Source: Octopus sinensis (lineage: Eukaryota). Taken from it: a DNA stretch of 64,000 bases. The first letter of the stretch is position 1. Each line of letters begins with the position of its first letter. Positions 26,048-40,785 of this stretch are shown here, in pieces. The DNA lies in contig NC_042997.1 of the NCBI RefSeq assembly GCF_006345805.1, positions 45,012,001-45,076,000 of the forward strand. Reading direction: 5' to 3'. Position numbers and translations under genes: made by a program. The notes below the pieces were generated by a model that saw nothing but the letters and a program-made list of their open reading frames with translations, was not told the origin of the DNA and did not search any database.

Positions 26048-29000
26048 ATAAATACTTTGCATGTACCACGTCCTCGCATTGTTGTTGTTTTTTTTTGTGT
26101 TATTTTCCTTTTTTTTATTAGTTATACTTATAACTCTGTGTGTGTGTGTGTATGTTTATATATGTATACACACACACACACATATATATATACATACATA
26201 CATACATGGGTGGGAGTGGATGCAGGCATGTTTACATTTATTCGTTTCCAAAAATCATTGTGCTACATGAAGTAAGGTTCTTACTGTTTTCCTTGTCAAC
26301 AAATTGTCTCATGGGTTTTGTTTGTTTAAAGGCAAGTAGAATAAGAAATCCCTTACTTAAAAAAAACAAACAAATAAGCTTTTGCCACATGCATGCCATT
26401 GGGCTGCAAAGCAATGCCTCAACAATATACGTTTGTCTAAACTATGGCAATATGGGGAATTGGATGAAAATGAATAGAAAATAAATGATAAAATAAATTT
26501 GAGAACCACTTACTCTAGGCACAAGAACAATTTTTGTAACAAAGAGGAATGATCAGCTGAAAAGCTCCTGATGTATAACAAGCATTAATTTAATAACTAT
26601 GTAGAAATTGAACCCAGAAAGATTTCCAAACCATAGTTGAGATGTTCATTTTTCAGGATGATGATGACCATGAGTAATTTATGTGAGTCATTTATTTGAT
26701 AAATATGCTAATTTTCTCTGCCATCTTGTGTATTATATTATATACTAACGTAATTTAGTCAGTGATTTTATCATCACTACTTCAGCAAGTACAGAGAAAT
26801 TCATGCTTTGCTGAAGAGGGCTAATGAGATCAGAAACATGTCCAGAGTTGTGTCCCATATTTGCTGGACTACTTATAATAATAATAATGATGATGATGAT
26901 GATGATGATGATATTTCTTCTACTATAGGCACAAAGCCTGAAATTTGGATGGGTGGTTCTATTTAATTACATTGGTCCCAGTGCCCAACTAGTACTTATT
27001 TTATCAACTATGAAAGGATGGAAGGTAAAGTTGACCTTGGCAGAATTTGAACACAATGTAGAGCCACTGACAATTTAGCATGCTAATGATTCTGCCAGCT
27101 CACTACGGGCAAAACTTTATCTTATAATAATAATAATAATAATAATAATATTAGTTTCAAATTTTGGCATAATTTCAGGGGAGGCAGTAAATCAATTACA
27201 CTGACTTCAATGCTCAGTAGGTGCTTATTTTATCAACCTCAAAAAGATGAAAGGCAAAGTTGGTGTGTAAACGATTCCACCAGCTCAGTGCCTTATCTTA
27301 TGATATTAGTCATCAACTAATATTGTCTTTGCTTCATTGTATAATCATTTCTAATTTGCTTTTTGTTTTTAAGCATTAAATATGTTCACAGTAACTTTAC
27401 TATGGCTTTTAATGCGATATGTATTAAGTTTTAAGCTCTACTATCTTGGCCATCTCTAAAGATTTCAAATGAAGCTATTGAGTTCTTTTTGTTCAATTCT
27501 ATCTAAATGTAGGAAGTAGCAGTTTTAGTTGGCCTCTTTCTAAGTTTATTAACTTGGTAGGCGTCATGTCAGTTTTAGAACAATGGAAAGATAACTTTAC
27601 TGTAATTACACACTGATGATGATGTTGATATGAAGTTTCAAGTATAAAGTCAAATTCCATGCTGGTATACTTAAACTCTATGCATATCCTGCATAAACAA
27701 AGTATTAATTTAATTATCCTATTAAAAGACTAACAACTGGGTTATGGGTGTTACGATTATTACAAAACTTACAGAAATGCTAAAAAAAATTTAAATACAA
27801 AGTAAATTACGAGAAAAATAAAATGCCAGTAATTTTCCAAATATTTTTGCTATAAGGCACAAGAAAATAAATGAAGAAAAGAAGAAAAAAGAAAACAGAA
27901 ATACCTAAGAGTAATCCAAAAATTTGAGATGAAAGAGGTGGCTTCCATTTTACTTCAATAACAGTGGAATTAATAGCTAGAGCAGTGACATTGGTTGGAG
28001 GTGCTGTGGGGCGACCTTCCTCTGTTAGAACAGTTATAGATTTACTAAAGACACCAATTCCTTTGGCATTGCGAGCAGCTATCTTGATTTCGTAGTGTGT
28101 AAATGTTACCAGGCCAGTTATGACTTTCATTTGGTTTTTGACACCGGCTTCCTCTTGTTGGGCGAATTTATCATTATAACTCTGTGGTTTGTAACGAATG
28201 ACATAACCAGTCAATGGGCCATTCCAGTGAACCTGTGAAGGGGGTAGCCAGTTGATTAAAACAGAGGAATTACTTAGAGGACGTCCAACTAGATTTCTTG
28301 GTGGACCACTTGGTGCTAGAAAATAAAAGAAACAGAAATAACGATAAATAACAGCAGCGAAAGTAACAGGAGTGAATTTATAAGAATTACAGGAACATTA
28401 GAAAGAACAAAATATTTTCCAAATGTATATAGATATAATCATAAAGATTTCAGGGGTTGTTTCAGTTTATTCAACACATGGCAAATGATGTTAATCACAA
28501 TTTCTATTTTTGTCCTGCAACTTTTTGAGGGAATGACACAGAATTATGAAGGTCAAATATAAGAGCTCTGAACCTGAAGATTTATGAAGAAAATACAGAA
28601 TTTCTTTAATTATATAACACGAGAAACTGAACCCTTTTGTTTCATGGATGTGACATATGCTATGTTAGTTTATGTTACTCTTTACTCTTTTACTTGTTTC
28701 AGTCATTTGATTGCGGCCATGCTGGAGCACCGCCTTTAGTCGAGCAACTCAACCCCGGGACTTATTCTTTTGTAAGCCCAGTACTTATTCTATCGGTCTC
28801 TTTTGCCGAACCGCTAAGTGATAGGGACATAAACACACCAGCATCGGTTGTCAAGCAATGCTAGGGGGACAAACACACTCACACAAACACACACACGCAT
28901 ATATATATATACATATATACGACGGGCTTCTTTCAGTTTCCGTCTACCAAATCTACTCACAAGGCTTTGGTCGGCCCGAAGCTATAGTAGAAGACACTTG

Positions 29001-31305
29001 CCCAAGGTGCCACGCAGTGGGACTGAACCCGGAACCATGTGGCTGGTAAACAAGCTACTTACCACACAGCCACTCCTGTGCCTATTAGTTAAATTAGTTA
29101 AATTTATTTAATTATTTATTTAATTTGAGTCAGGTAAAGCTTGGTGAATGTAACTCGGTACATAGAAACTGTGTACAAAATGTTCTTCTACTATAGCCTC
29201 AGGCTGACCAAAGCCTTATAAGTGGATTTGGTTGAAGGAAACTGAAAGCTTATCACACACACAAATGCGCATGTGTGTGTGTTTGTTTGTTTGTTTCCCA
29301 CCACCACTTGACAACTGGTATCCACCTCCTCCTTATAATTGTTTTTAATGTCCTTTTCTGTTTTTCATGCTTGCATGGGCAAGGCAGAAACCATCGAGGC
29401 AGACTTCTATAGCTGGATGCACTTCCTGTCACTGACCCTTACCTGACACATCAAGAAACCTGGGTGTGCTTTTGAAGCTGACTGTAAGCAGGGATGTTGT
29501 TTTTGTTTACAGAAACTAAGTACATTGAGACAAAGAGAATCATATACATGCATGCATGCACACTCTTGCACATGCATATGACAAAATTCTTCGGTTTCTG
29601 TTAACCACTGTCACTCACAAGTTATTGGTCGACAAACAGCTGTAGTACAAAATGTTCACTGACAATGTTCAGGCAGTTAGGATTGGACACTTAGCCATGA
29701 AGCAAACCCCTTAACCAACCAACTGACAGACAGACAGACCGACCGACCGACCGACCGACCGACCGACCGACCGACCGACCGACCGACCGACCGACCGACC
29801 GACCGACCGTCCATCCATCCATCTATCTGTCTATCTCTCTCTATATTACTCTTACTCTTTTACTCTTTTACTTGTTTCAGTCATTTGACTGCGGCCATGC
29901 TGGAGCACCGCCTTTAGTCGAGCAACTCAACCCCGGGACTTATTCTTTGTAAGCCCAGTACTTATTCTATCGACCTCTTTTGCCGAACCGCTAAGTGACG
30001 GGGACGTAAACACACCAGCATCGGTTGTCAAGCAATGCTAGGGGGACAAACACAGACACACAAACACATACACACACACATATATATATACATATATACG
30101 ACAGGTTTCTTTCAGTTTCCGTCTACCAAATCCACTCACAAGGCATTGGTCGGCCCGGGGCTATAGCAGAAGACACTTGCCCAAGATGCCACACAGTGGG
30201 ACTGAACCCGGAACCATGTGGTTGGTAAACAAGCTACTTACCACACAGCCACTCCTGTGCCTATATATATCATTAACATCAAAAGAATTTAGAAAGTTCA
30301 AGACATGAAATAATTATTTTTAGGAATGATGAAGCCTGAAGCAGATAAAGTTATAGATAAGACTTACATGCTACTTTATGTATGTGTGTGTGAGTGTGTG
30401 CGTCTGTCTGTCTGTCTATCGGAGTATATGGAGATGAATTATCTAGGCACATACTGTATAAACACTCATATATAGCACAGGTCCAGGTTAACTGCATTGA
30501 GTAGTAAGAAGCACCTAGGATTACTTAGAGTGAGCAATCCCACAGTAATTCCTCTGATGGGTAAATCCTGGGTTTGCTTCACTATATATGTGTTCATGCA
30601 TTTACATCTCTTTTCCCATGCTAGCATGGGTTAGATGAACACACAATATTGAGGCATTTTTTACTATCAGATGCTCTTTCCCAAGCTAACTTTTACCTGT
30701 TTCTTAGATAAGAGATATTTTATTCTACTTAACTTTGAAAGCACAGAACCAGCAAAAGATTTGTGAACAAATATCCCTAATTGTTGCTTAGAGCAGAATG
30801 CAAACATTCACACACACACACAAACAAATGCACACATACATGCACGACTGGATTTTGTATAGTTTTCTTCCACCAAATTCACTCACACATAAAAAAAAAA
30901 AATGTAACAAAATATAAATTTACTTCTCAACCACATGGTTCTAGGTTCAGTCCCACTGTGCGGCACCTAGGGAAAGTACCTTCAACTATAGTCTCAGGCT
31001 GACCAAAGCCTTATAAGTGGATTTTGTCGAAGGAAACTGAAAGCTTATCACTGGTGTTGGTGTCTTTACATTCCTATAACTTAGCGGTTCAGTGAAAGAG
31101 ACTGACAGAATAACTACCAGAGTTAAAAAAAAAAAAAAAGAAATATGGAGTGGCTGTGTGGTAAGTAGCTTGCTAACCAACCACATGGTTCCAGGTTCAG
31201 TCCCACTGCGTGGCATCTTGGGCAAGTGTCTTCTGCTATAGCCCCGGGCCGACCAATGCCTTGTGAGTGGATTTGGTAGACGGAAACTGAAAGAAGCCTG
31301 TCATA

Positions 31306-31345
<40 letters not shown>

Positions 31346-32490
31346 TGTGTGTGTATATGTTTGTGTGTCTGTGTTTGTCCCCCTAGCATTGCTTGACAAC
31401 CGATGCTGGTGTGTTTACGTCCCCGTCACTTAGCGGTTCAGCAAAAGAGAACGATAGAATAAGTACTGGGCTTACAAAGAATAAGTCCCGGGGTCGATTT
31501 GCTCGACTAATGGCGGTGCTCCAGCATGGCCGCAGTCAAATGACTGAAACAAGTAAAAGAGTATATGAAGAAATTTCTTCAAGGTGGTACCTCAGCATGG
31601 CTGCAGTCTAATGATTGAAACCAGTAAAAGATAAAAGATGTAAAAAGTGGTTTACAATTTGTTCTTTCAGTACAAGACATGGTCTACCATTTATTTTCCT
31701 ATTTTATATTGGTATAACAGAGAATAAGATGTTTGTTTAGTAATTATACATTACTAAACCACTGCGTGGCATCTTAAGCAAGTCTCTTCTACTATAGTCT
31801 CAGGCTGACCAAAACCTTGTAAGTGGATTTGGTCGATGGAAACTGAAAGAAGCCCATCATACATACACATACATGTGTGTGTGTGTGTAATTGTGTCTAT
31901 GTTTGTCTTGCCACTGCCACTTGACAACCAGTGCTGGTGCCTTTACATTCCTGTAACCTCATACTCTTCTATATTTAAAAATCCTCTTGCAAATGAAATG
32001 ATTACAACGTAAGCACTTTGTGGCAAGTCATAATCTGGTGAGGCATTTTACAGAGTATAAAGTTACTAGTAAACATGGTTTTAATATCTTAGCATCCACA
32101 AGGTGGCGAGCTGGTAGAACCGTTAGCACGCTGGGCGAAATGCTTAGCGGTATTTTGTCTGTCTTTATGTTCCGAGTTCAAATTCTGCCAAGGTCGGCTT
32201 TACCTTTTATCCTCTTGGGGGTCGATAAATTAAGTACCAGTTGCGTACTGAGGCTGATCTAATTGACTGACCCCCCTCCCCCCAAAATTTTGGGGCCTTG
32301 TGCCTAGAATAGAAAAGAAAAGAATATCTCAGCATCCACATATTACTTGCAGTTTTGTAGTAGGCCATTGCAATAAAAGGAGGTGTGACAGTGCATAGTG
32401 CATTTAGACTGAGTGTTTATTTCATGCATGTGAACAGACCAAGGTCTCATGCAGAGGAATTCAACAGCAATGGTTTTCTGATAATTGCAC

Positions 32491-32529
<39 letters not shown>

Positions 32530-32757
32530 CATCATCACTACTACTAAGGTGGCAAGCTGTCAGACTCATTAGCATGCAATGTAAAATGCTTAGCAGTATT
32601 TCGTCCGCCTTTATGTTCTGAGTTCAAATTCCGCCAAGGTCGACTTTGTCTTTCATCCTTTTGGGGTCGATAAAATAAGCACCAGTTATGCACTGAGGTC
32701 AATCTAATCGACTTAACCTCTCCTCCAAACTTACTGGCCTTGTGCCAAAATTCGAAA

Positions 32758-32801
<44 letters not shown>

Positions 32802-35800
32802 AGTAGTAGTAAGAGCATACTGTTCAACTACATAATAATATTACTATTTTGATAGCATAAATTTTAATTCTGAAACTGGAAATATTAAATGTATATTGAA
32901 TTAACATTATTTTTTCAGGTCATCTTCAAGTTCAATACTGCTCCATCACCAAACCAAACCAAACTAGATATCTTGTAAAGAGAATAATTTGTTATTTTAT
33001 GTATATATTTCAGTCACGCAATAAAAAGTGGAGAGGGAAACAATGATTACAAGGAATAAAAGACAAGAAAAATTGTTTTCAACATTTTGCAAGACAAAAT
33101 ATAATCCAACCAAAGAAATATTTCTTTCAGTGGAAAAAAGAGAAAAAAAGTGTATGAAGAAAGTGTTTCTCTTTTACTGCTAGAAGAAAGAAAATCAAAA
33201 TATAGGCCATAAAATAGAGTATTGATACAACAGAGTATAAGATGTTTGTTTAGTAATTATATATTACTAAACCATTGCATGGCATCTTAGGCAAGTCTCT
33301 TCTACTATAGTCTCAGGCTGACCAAAATCTTGTGAGTGGATTTGGTAAAACAGAAACTGAAAGAAGCCCATCATAAATACATATGCACGTGTGTTTGTGT
33401 GTGTGTGATTGTGTCTATGTTTGTCTCACCACTGCCACTTGACAACCAATGTTGGTCTCTTTACATTCCTGTAACTTAGCAATTCAGCAAAAGATACTGG
33501 TAGAAAAAGTACCAGGCTTAAAAGAAAAAAATAAGCATTGGGGGTCAATCCAGTGCCCCAGTATGGCTGCAGCCTAATGACTGAAACAAGTAAAAGAAAA
33601 GGTAAAAGATTAAGGCACACTGCCTTTAGCCAAACAAATCACCCCCAGGACTTATTCTTTGTAAGCCTAGTACTTATTCTATCCGTCACTTTTGCTGAAC
33701 CTCTAAGTTACAGGGACGTAAACCCATCAACATCAGTTGTCAAGTGCTATGGGGGACAGACACAGACACACTCAAGTATATACATATGCTTAGGAAAGGC
33801 TTTATGAACTTATGCATTAAAGTACCCCATTATTAGGTTTTAAGTTTAAGCCCTGCTGTCTGCTCTGGAATGGTTTCTATGGCTGGACATCCTTCCTCGT
33901 GCTAATCGTTTTACGGAGGGTGCATGGTGTCTTTTCCATGGCATCAGCATTGATAAAAATTATTTATATATATAATATAGATATCTATTTCAGTCTTACG
34001 TGTTAAAAGTGAAACAAAAACATCTCTCTATTGTATGTTATATATTTTGAGTATTGTTATCACTAGCGATATCAAGATATAACTTTGTATTTTGTATTTT
34101 ATGTGTAGATGTATATATATCTTCTCTATATATAAATGGCAGTTTGTCTGTCTGTGTCTGTCAGGTTGTACCCTCACCCTGACCACGGCTTTCAACCGAT
34201 TCTGATGAAACTTGACACACACATAGCCCAATGTCACAATTCAAAACTAACACAGCGAAAATTTTGAAAAGTTCGCCCAGTTCTGAAAAAATCGATAAAT
34301 TCGACATGGGGTCGAGAATCTAAGCTTTTTATATGCAACTTATTTTCTGGGCTGTACATGGGCTGTTCATGCGTTGGGAGGCGCAATGATGTTTTCATGT
34401 TTTCGCCTAAAGGGACAGCTAGGAACATCGTATACACAGAAGTATTCGAGTGAAGAGAAGACATTGCAACCTACACATGCGCCTTCGTTCCCTAGAGGGA
34501 AAGGACTGGATTGGGATTAGTTGTTGCCTACTAGGGGCTCTTACATACCCGGGCAATGCCGGGCTATGCTGCTAGTATAGATATAAATATATATATTCTT
34601 TCAGCTTCCGTCTACCAAACACTCACAAGGCTTTGGTCAGCCCAAGGCTACAGTAGAAGACACATGCCCGAGGTGCTATGCAGTGGGACTGAACCTGGGA
34701 CCACACAGTCACTGTGACTATATGATTATGGATTTTTTAAAACACCCATAAATCTTTAAAATTCTACTCTTTTACAAGTTGTTTTTTGCAAATCAGAGTT
34801 TAAAATATGGACAGTCTCAATTCTTGCTGAAATCCCAGCACTGGATCAAACTTGGCTGCATCATCATCATTCCATTAAATGTGTTTATGGAGAGAAAAAT
34901 ATGGAAAAATATCTATACATGTCAGAGCGACAAAGAAACAAGGACGGTATCAGGTGGTTGTGAGATGAGTTAAAATCAACAGCGAACTCACCCTTAAATC
35001 ACAAACAAAAAATTTTTCGTTTTTTCATAATCAGATGAATTTCTGTGTGTAGAACACAAATTCACAAAAATTTTCAGAGAATTCAAAAAACTAAAAAAGT
35101 TATAAGGGGTTGTATGGGGTGCATAAACCAGAATTCCGCTGAAACTATAACATCTTCATTGAAGCCTACTTCCCTTCATTTGCTTTCATTTGTCTTCGGA
35201 TGTAACTAGAAAGTGATCTTTAAAATATGCTAGGGCATGAGATTGTCGGAGGATTCAAACATTCAAGTGTTGAGATAAACATTTACTTAAATAAACAGTC
35301 GACAGATAAACTTTGATGGTAATTCATATGAAGATAGCAGATATTAGAAAAACACAAAGACAAAAAGATACACATAAGATTACAGAGATGGTAAGGAAAG
35401 AGACAAGAAAAGAAAAGAGAAGGGCAAACAATGCATAGGTATAAAGGAAAAGTCAAAATAAGGGGAGAATGAAGTGGAGGTGGTAGAAAAATGTTCAGGA
35501 AAAAGAGAGAACAATAAAAAGTGTGTAGTAAAGCAGAAAGAAATGTAACGGTGGAGTAGGGGGTAATATTACAAAGCAAATAATAATAATAATAATAATA
35601 ATGATAATAAAGCAGAGAGAAATGTAGACTAAAATGTTGGGAATAAAGGCAAAATAAACAAGGTTCAATATTTTGTTAAAGGAGAATAAAATAATGGAAA
35701 GTATCTAAGTTAGTGTATGCATGTGTATTTCTGAGTGTGCATACATATACATTCGTACACACACATATATATATATATATGTTATCAATTAGTTGCCCAT

Positions 35801-38722
35801 AAGTTAGAAAAAATAAAAAGCATGCTCAAAAAGGAAAATAGAATGGTTATATCTTTATATTGTGTGAGTAGTATAGTGCCGGTTATGTACTGATTGTTGC
35901 AACACTGGCAATATTGACAACTTTACAGACATGGTGGCCATCATCATAACCATGTTAACCCTTTTGTTACTAACCCGGCTCTGGCTCTTTGGTAAAATGT
36001 CTTGTTTTCATAAGTTCTGAATTCAAATCTTCCACCAAACCTTAATCACAATTTACATTCCTAACACTAGCTTAATGATAACAAAGTTATTTTACTAAAT
36101 TCTTTGTTATTTTAAAAATAATTGAAAGAAACACAGAGCATCTCAAAATAAATACAGTAACAAAAGGGTTAATGTCCACTTTTGCATGCTTGTGTGAGTC
36201 AAATAGAATTTGTTGAGGCAGGTTTTCTGCAACTGGATGCAGTTTCAGTTGCCAAGCCACACCTGTAATGTTTCCTCTTGGCCAAATATGTTTTCACTGC
36301 AAATGAACAACACAGCTTTGATGATGACAATATATGTGTATCGTGATTTCTGGGTTATTTCTCTTCATCAGCACTTTTTTCAAATAAGGGAATGTTTTGA
36401 GCTGAGTGGGGCTGCTAGATTCCCTAGTTCGAAAATATATGGACACAGATCGTGTCGTATAGACAGCTGGAGACGATGTCTCCTGGGACTAAATTACAGC
36501 AACATTAGTCCTAAACTTGGACTGCCATGTTATGTTGGCAAACAATCTTTACTACAAAGTACTGTTGCTGAACATCTCACATTATGAGATTTTAAAATAG
36601 TAATTTTTTAAGTTTTGTTTTTATTGGTAAGAATTATCAACAACTTTTCCTGTGATCGTGATTGGAGAAGACATACAGAAGTATGCAAAAGATTGGTCAG
36701 AATCTCTTGTAGGCAAGAAATGTAAAATTAAGTTTGTTATAAACAACACAAACATTTGGTAATTTAATAAGCCTTCAAAGTGATACCTGTTAAACAGAAA
36801 TTATTTTCATCTAATGAAAATTTAATAAAATCTAATCATAAGTAAGTGAAATTATACAACTAAATTGGAAACCTTTTTCCCCTGGCCATAAAGGCAGTTC
36901 CAAAAAACTTTTGGGTGTGAATTTTACGAGTAGAAGCTTTTTTTAACAATTTTTATCCAGAAAATCACCAGCATAAATTACAGGCAAATTATAGGGGTTT
37001 TTATGGTATATGTGTGCATGTGTTATATTCAAACTGATGTTATGTATGAATATAGCTAAGTCATATATTAAAGCTTAGCTAACCTCTCCTATCTCCATAG
37101 CATTAGGAGTTCCAATTCAGGCATAAATTCTTTTTTACTCCCTTCTCCCGATACCAAATTCATTCATTTATTTATCTGTGATGCTCATTTCCCATTGTTT
37201 TAGCATTCTGAAAGTAGGCACCATTCCTATGATCCTCTGATCTCTTAAAACCTGGCAATGATGATTTTTTCCCTGATAAAAATCATTTATTACTAGGTTT
37301 TAAAATGTTTAAAAGATAAACTCTAGGCACTTTCTATAGAATATTTCAAATATGCCATACCTGTGTATCGATTTTTGGGATTACTATTTTGCTATCAATA
37401 ATGCTTTCATTGTCAAAAATTTCTTCTTGTTTTTCTGGAATTCTACATAGAATGATATCAGTAAATGCTTTTCTATCTTAATTTGTTTTGCATTCTGTAT
37501 TATATATAATACTGCAATAGCTCCCTGTTGAGTACACATGGGCAACAAATGAAAACACATGAGACTCAAACTGCTCAATATAACAATTTTAGTAATGTTG
37601 TTTACATTGAAATTTGTATATTACACTGGTTGTCTTTTATATGTTTTGTGGTAATTTTTTCTTTTTTCTTTTCTTTTAATTGTTTCAGTCATAGGATTAC
37701 AGCCATGCTGGGGCACCACCTTGAAGGGTGTACTTAAACAAACTGACCCCACTACATATTTTTAAAAATCTAGTACTTATTTTATCAGTCACTTTTACCA
37801 GACTGTTAAGTTACAAGGCTATAAACAAACCAACATCAGTTGTTCAGCATGTTGGGAAGGGATCGACAAACACAGACACACAGACACACACAGACATATA
37901 TGTAAAAGGTACCAGTGCTGGTGACACATAAAAGACACCCAGTACACTGTGGAGTGGTTGGTGTTAAGAAGGGCATCCAGGCCTAGAAACCAAGGCAAAA
38001 CAGTCTGGAGCCAGGAGCAACTTTCCAGCTCACCAGCTCCAATCAAACAATCTTACCCATGCCAGTATGGAAAATGGATGCTAAATAATGATGAGGAAGG
38101 CAATACATATAGATATAAAGGTGGCGAGCTGGCAGAAACGTTAGCACACCGGGCGAAATGCGTAGCCGTATTTCATCTGCCGTTACGTTCTGAGATCAAA
38201 TTCCGCCGAGGTCGACTTTGCCTTTCATCCTTTCTGGGTCGATAAATAAAGTACCAGTTTCGCACTGGGGTCTATGTAATTGACTTAATCCCTTTGTCTG
38301 TCCTTGTTTGTCCCCTCTGTGTTTAGCCCCTAGTGGGCAGTAAAGAAATAAATATGCATAGATATAAAAGTTTAAATTACAGTTAAAATTAAAATTTAAA
38401 ATTCACATGTTGGGTGTGTCTCTAGTGGTATGTTGACAAAGCATGTTTACTGTCGATGGCTACCTGATGTCAGCCATGGTAAATACACAATTGTCACTGG
38501 ATTTACATTAGGAATTCTTTATAGATCGAGTATAATAGAAACAATGCATATGGAAGGTAGAATATACTGGAAACTTTCACAATGATCATTCTGACACATC
38601 CTGCATCACTCCCTCATGGGTGGGAAACTGTTCAATGCATCATAATTCCTTGTATAGTTTCTCAGCAACAAAGGAGTGATGCAAGATGTGTCAAAATGAT
38701 CGTTGTGATAAAATAAGTTTCC

Positions 38723-38761
<39 letters not shown>

Positions 38762-38971
38762 TCTTTTACTCTTTTACTTGTTTCAGTCATTTGACTGCGG
38801 CCATGCTGGAGCACCGCCTTTAGTCGAGCAAATCGACCCCGGGACTTATTCATTGTAAGCCTAGTACTTATTCTATTTGTCTCTTTTTGCCGAACTGCTA
38901 AGTGACGGGGATGTAAGCACACCAGCATTGGTTGTCAAGCGATGTTGGGGGGACAAACACAGACACACAAG

Positions 38972-39008
<37 letters not shown>

Positions 39009-39181
39009 ATATATACGACAGGCTTCTTTCAGTTTCTGTTTACCAAATCCACTCACAAGGCATTGGTCGGCTCGGGGCTATAGCAGAAGACACTTGCCCA
39101 AGATGCCGCGCAGTGGGACTGAACCCGGAACCATGTAGCTGGTTAGCAAGCTACTTACCACACAGCCACTCCTGCGCCTAT

Positions 39182-39225
<44 letters not shown>

Positions 39226-39876
39226 TGCAGACATGGCTGTGTGGTAAGTAGCTTGCTTACCAACCACATAGTTTTGGGTTTAGTCTCACTGCATGGCACC
39301 TTGGGCAAGTGTCTTCTACTATAGGCTCAGGCCAATCAAAGCCCTGTGAGTGAATTTGGTAGGTGGAAACTAAAAGAAGCCCGTTGTGTATATACATATA
39401 TATATATATGTATGTGTATTTGTTTATGGTTGCGTATCTGTGTTTGTCCCCACCAACATTGCTTGACAACCGATGCTGGTATGTTTATGTCCCTATAACT
39501 TAGTGGTTTGGCAAAAGTGACCGATAGGATAAGCACTAGGCTTACAAAGAATAAGTCCTTGGGTTGATTTGTTCAACTAAAGGCAGTGCTCCAGCATGGC
39601 TGCAGTCAAATGACTGAAAGAAATAAAAAAATATATATGTATTCTTTTATTTGTTTCAGTCATTTGACTGTGGCCATGCTGGAACACCATCTTAAAAGAT
39701 TTTAGTCAAAGAAATCAACCTCAGGACTTAGTCTTTGTAAGCCTAGTACTTATTCTATTGGTCTCTTTTGCTGAACTGCAAAGTCATAGGGAAGTAAACA
39801 CACCAGCATCAATTGTCAAGCGAAAGTGGAGGGACAAACACAGACATAAAGACACATACATGCACACATATACATA

Positions 39877-39913
<37 letters not shown>

Positions 39914-40063
39914 GCAATGGGATTCTTTCAGTTTCTGTCTACCAAATCGATTCACAAGGCTTTGGTTGGTCTGAGGCTATAGTAGAAGACACTTATCCAA
40001 GTTGCTATGCAGTGAGACTGAACCTGGAACTATGTAGTTGGGAAGCAAGCTTCTTACCACCTG

Positions 40064-40104
<41 letters not shown>

Positions 40105-40431
40105 ATAGAAATGGTAAAACAACGAAAGAATGAAAGAGATCTTGATATGTAAATAAAGGAATTTATATGTAAATATATAATATGTGACAATTATTCGGTA
40201 GCCATGATAAAACTCCGAGTTTCGGATGTCTGGGCAGAAATCCATGCCGCCATCTCTTCAGTTATCTGGCCATCCGGTGATAGCATTTTTTCTGATGGCC
40301 GGATGAGAGCTTTTTTCTGATGGCCAGATAACTGAAGAAATGGTGGCGTGGATTTCCGCCCCGACATCCGAAACTTGGAGTTTTATCATGGCTACTGAAT
40401 AATTGTCACAATATTACTTTTACAGATATAT

Positions 40432-40462
<31 letters not shown>

Positions 40463-40747
40463 AGTAGGTGAATGAATTATCCTATGTTTATCGTCAGCAT
40501 GGAAAATTCGTTTAACCGAAACCTGGGTAGCAAATTCACGTCAGAAAACACGCTTTGGTTACCATGTAGGCAATCATCGAAATTTTTGTTTGTCTTGTTG
40601 TTGAGAGAGGCTCCTTTTCTTTCCTGATGTGAAGATTGCATAATGCACCCTTTATTCCTTCGGAATGAAAATATGCTGTCTTCGAAACATGTGTCGAGAG
40701 TAAAGGAATTTTGTTAACATCTTCGTTCGACTCCATTCTTTCATTTA

Positions 40748-40785
<38 letters not shown>

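Noticed and set aside
28848-29111. Recurrent ORFs such as [16 protein letters not shown] and [15 protein letters not shown]
   Set aside because: They are chance frames in SINE-A copies, not a gene family.
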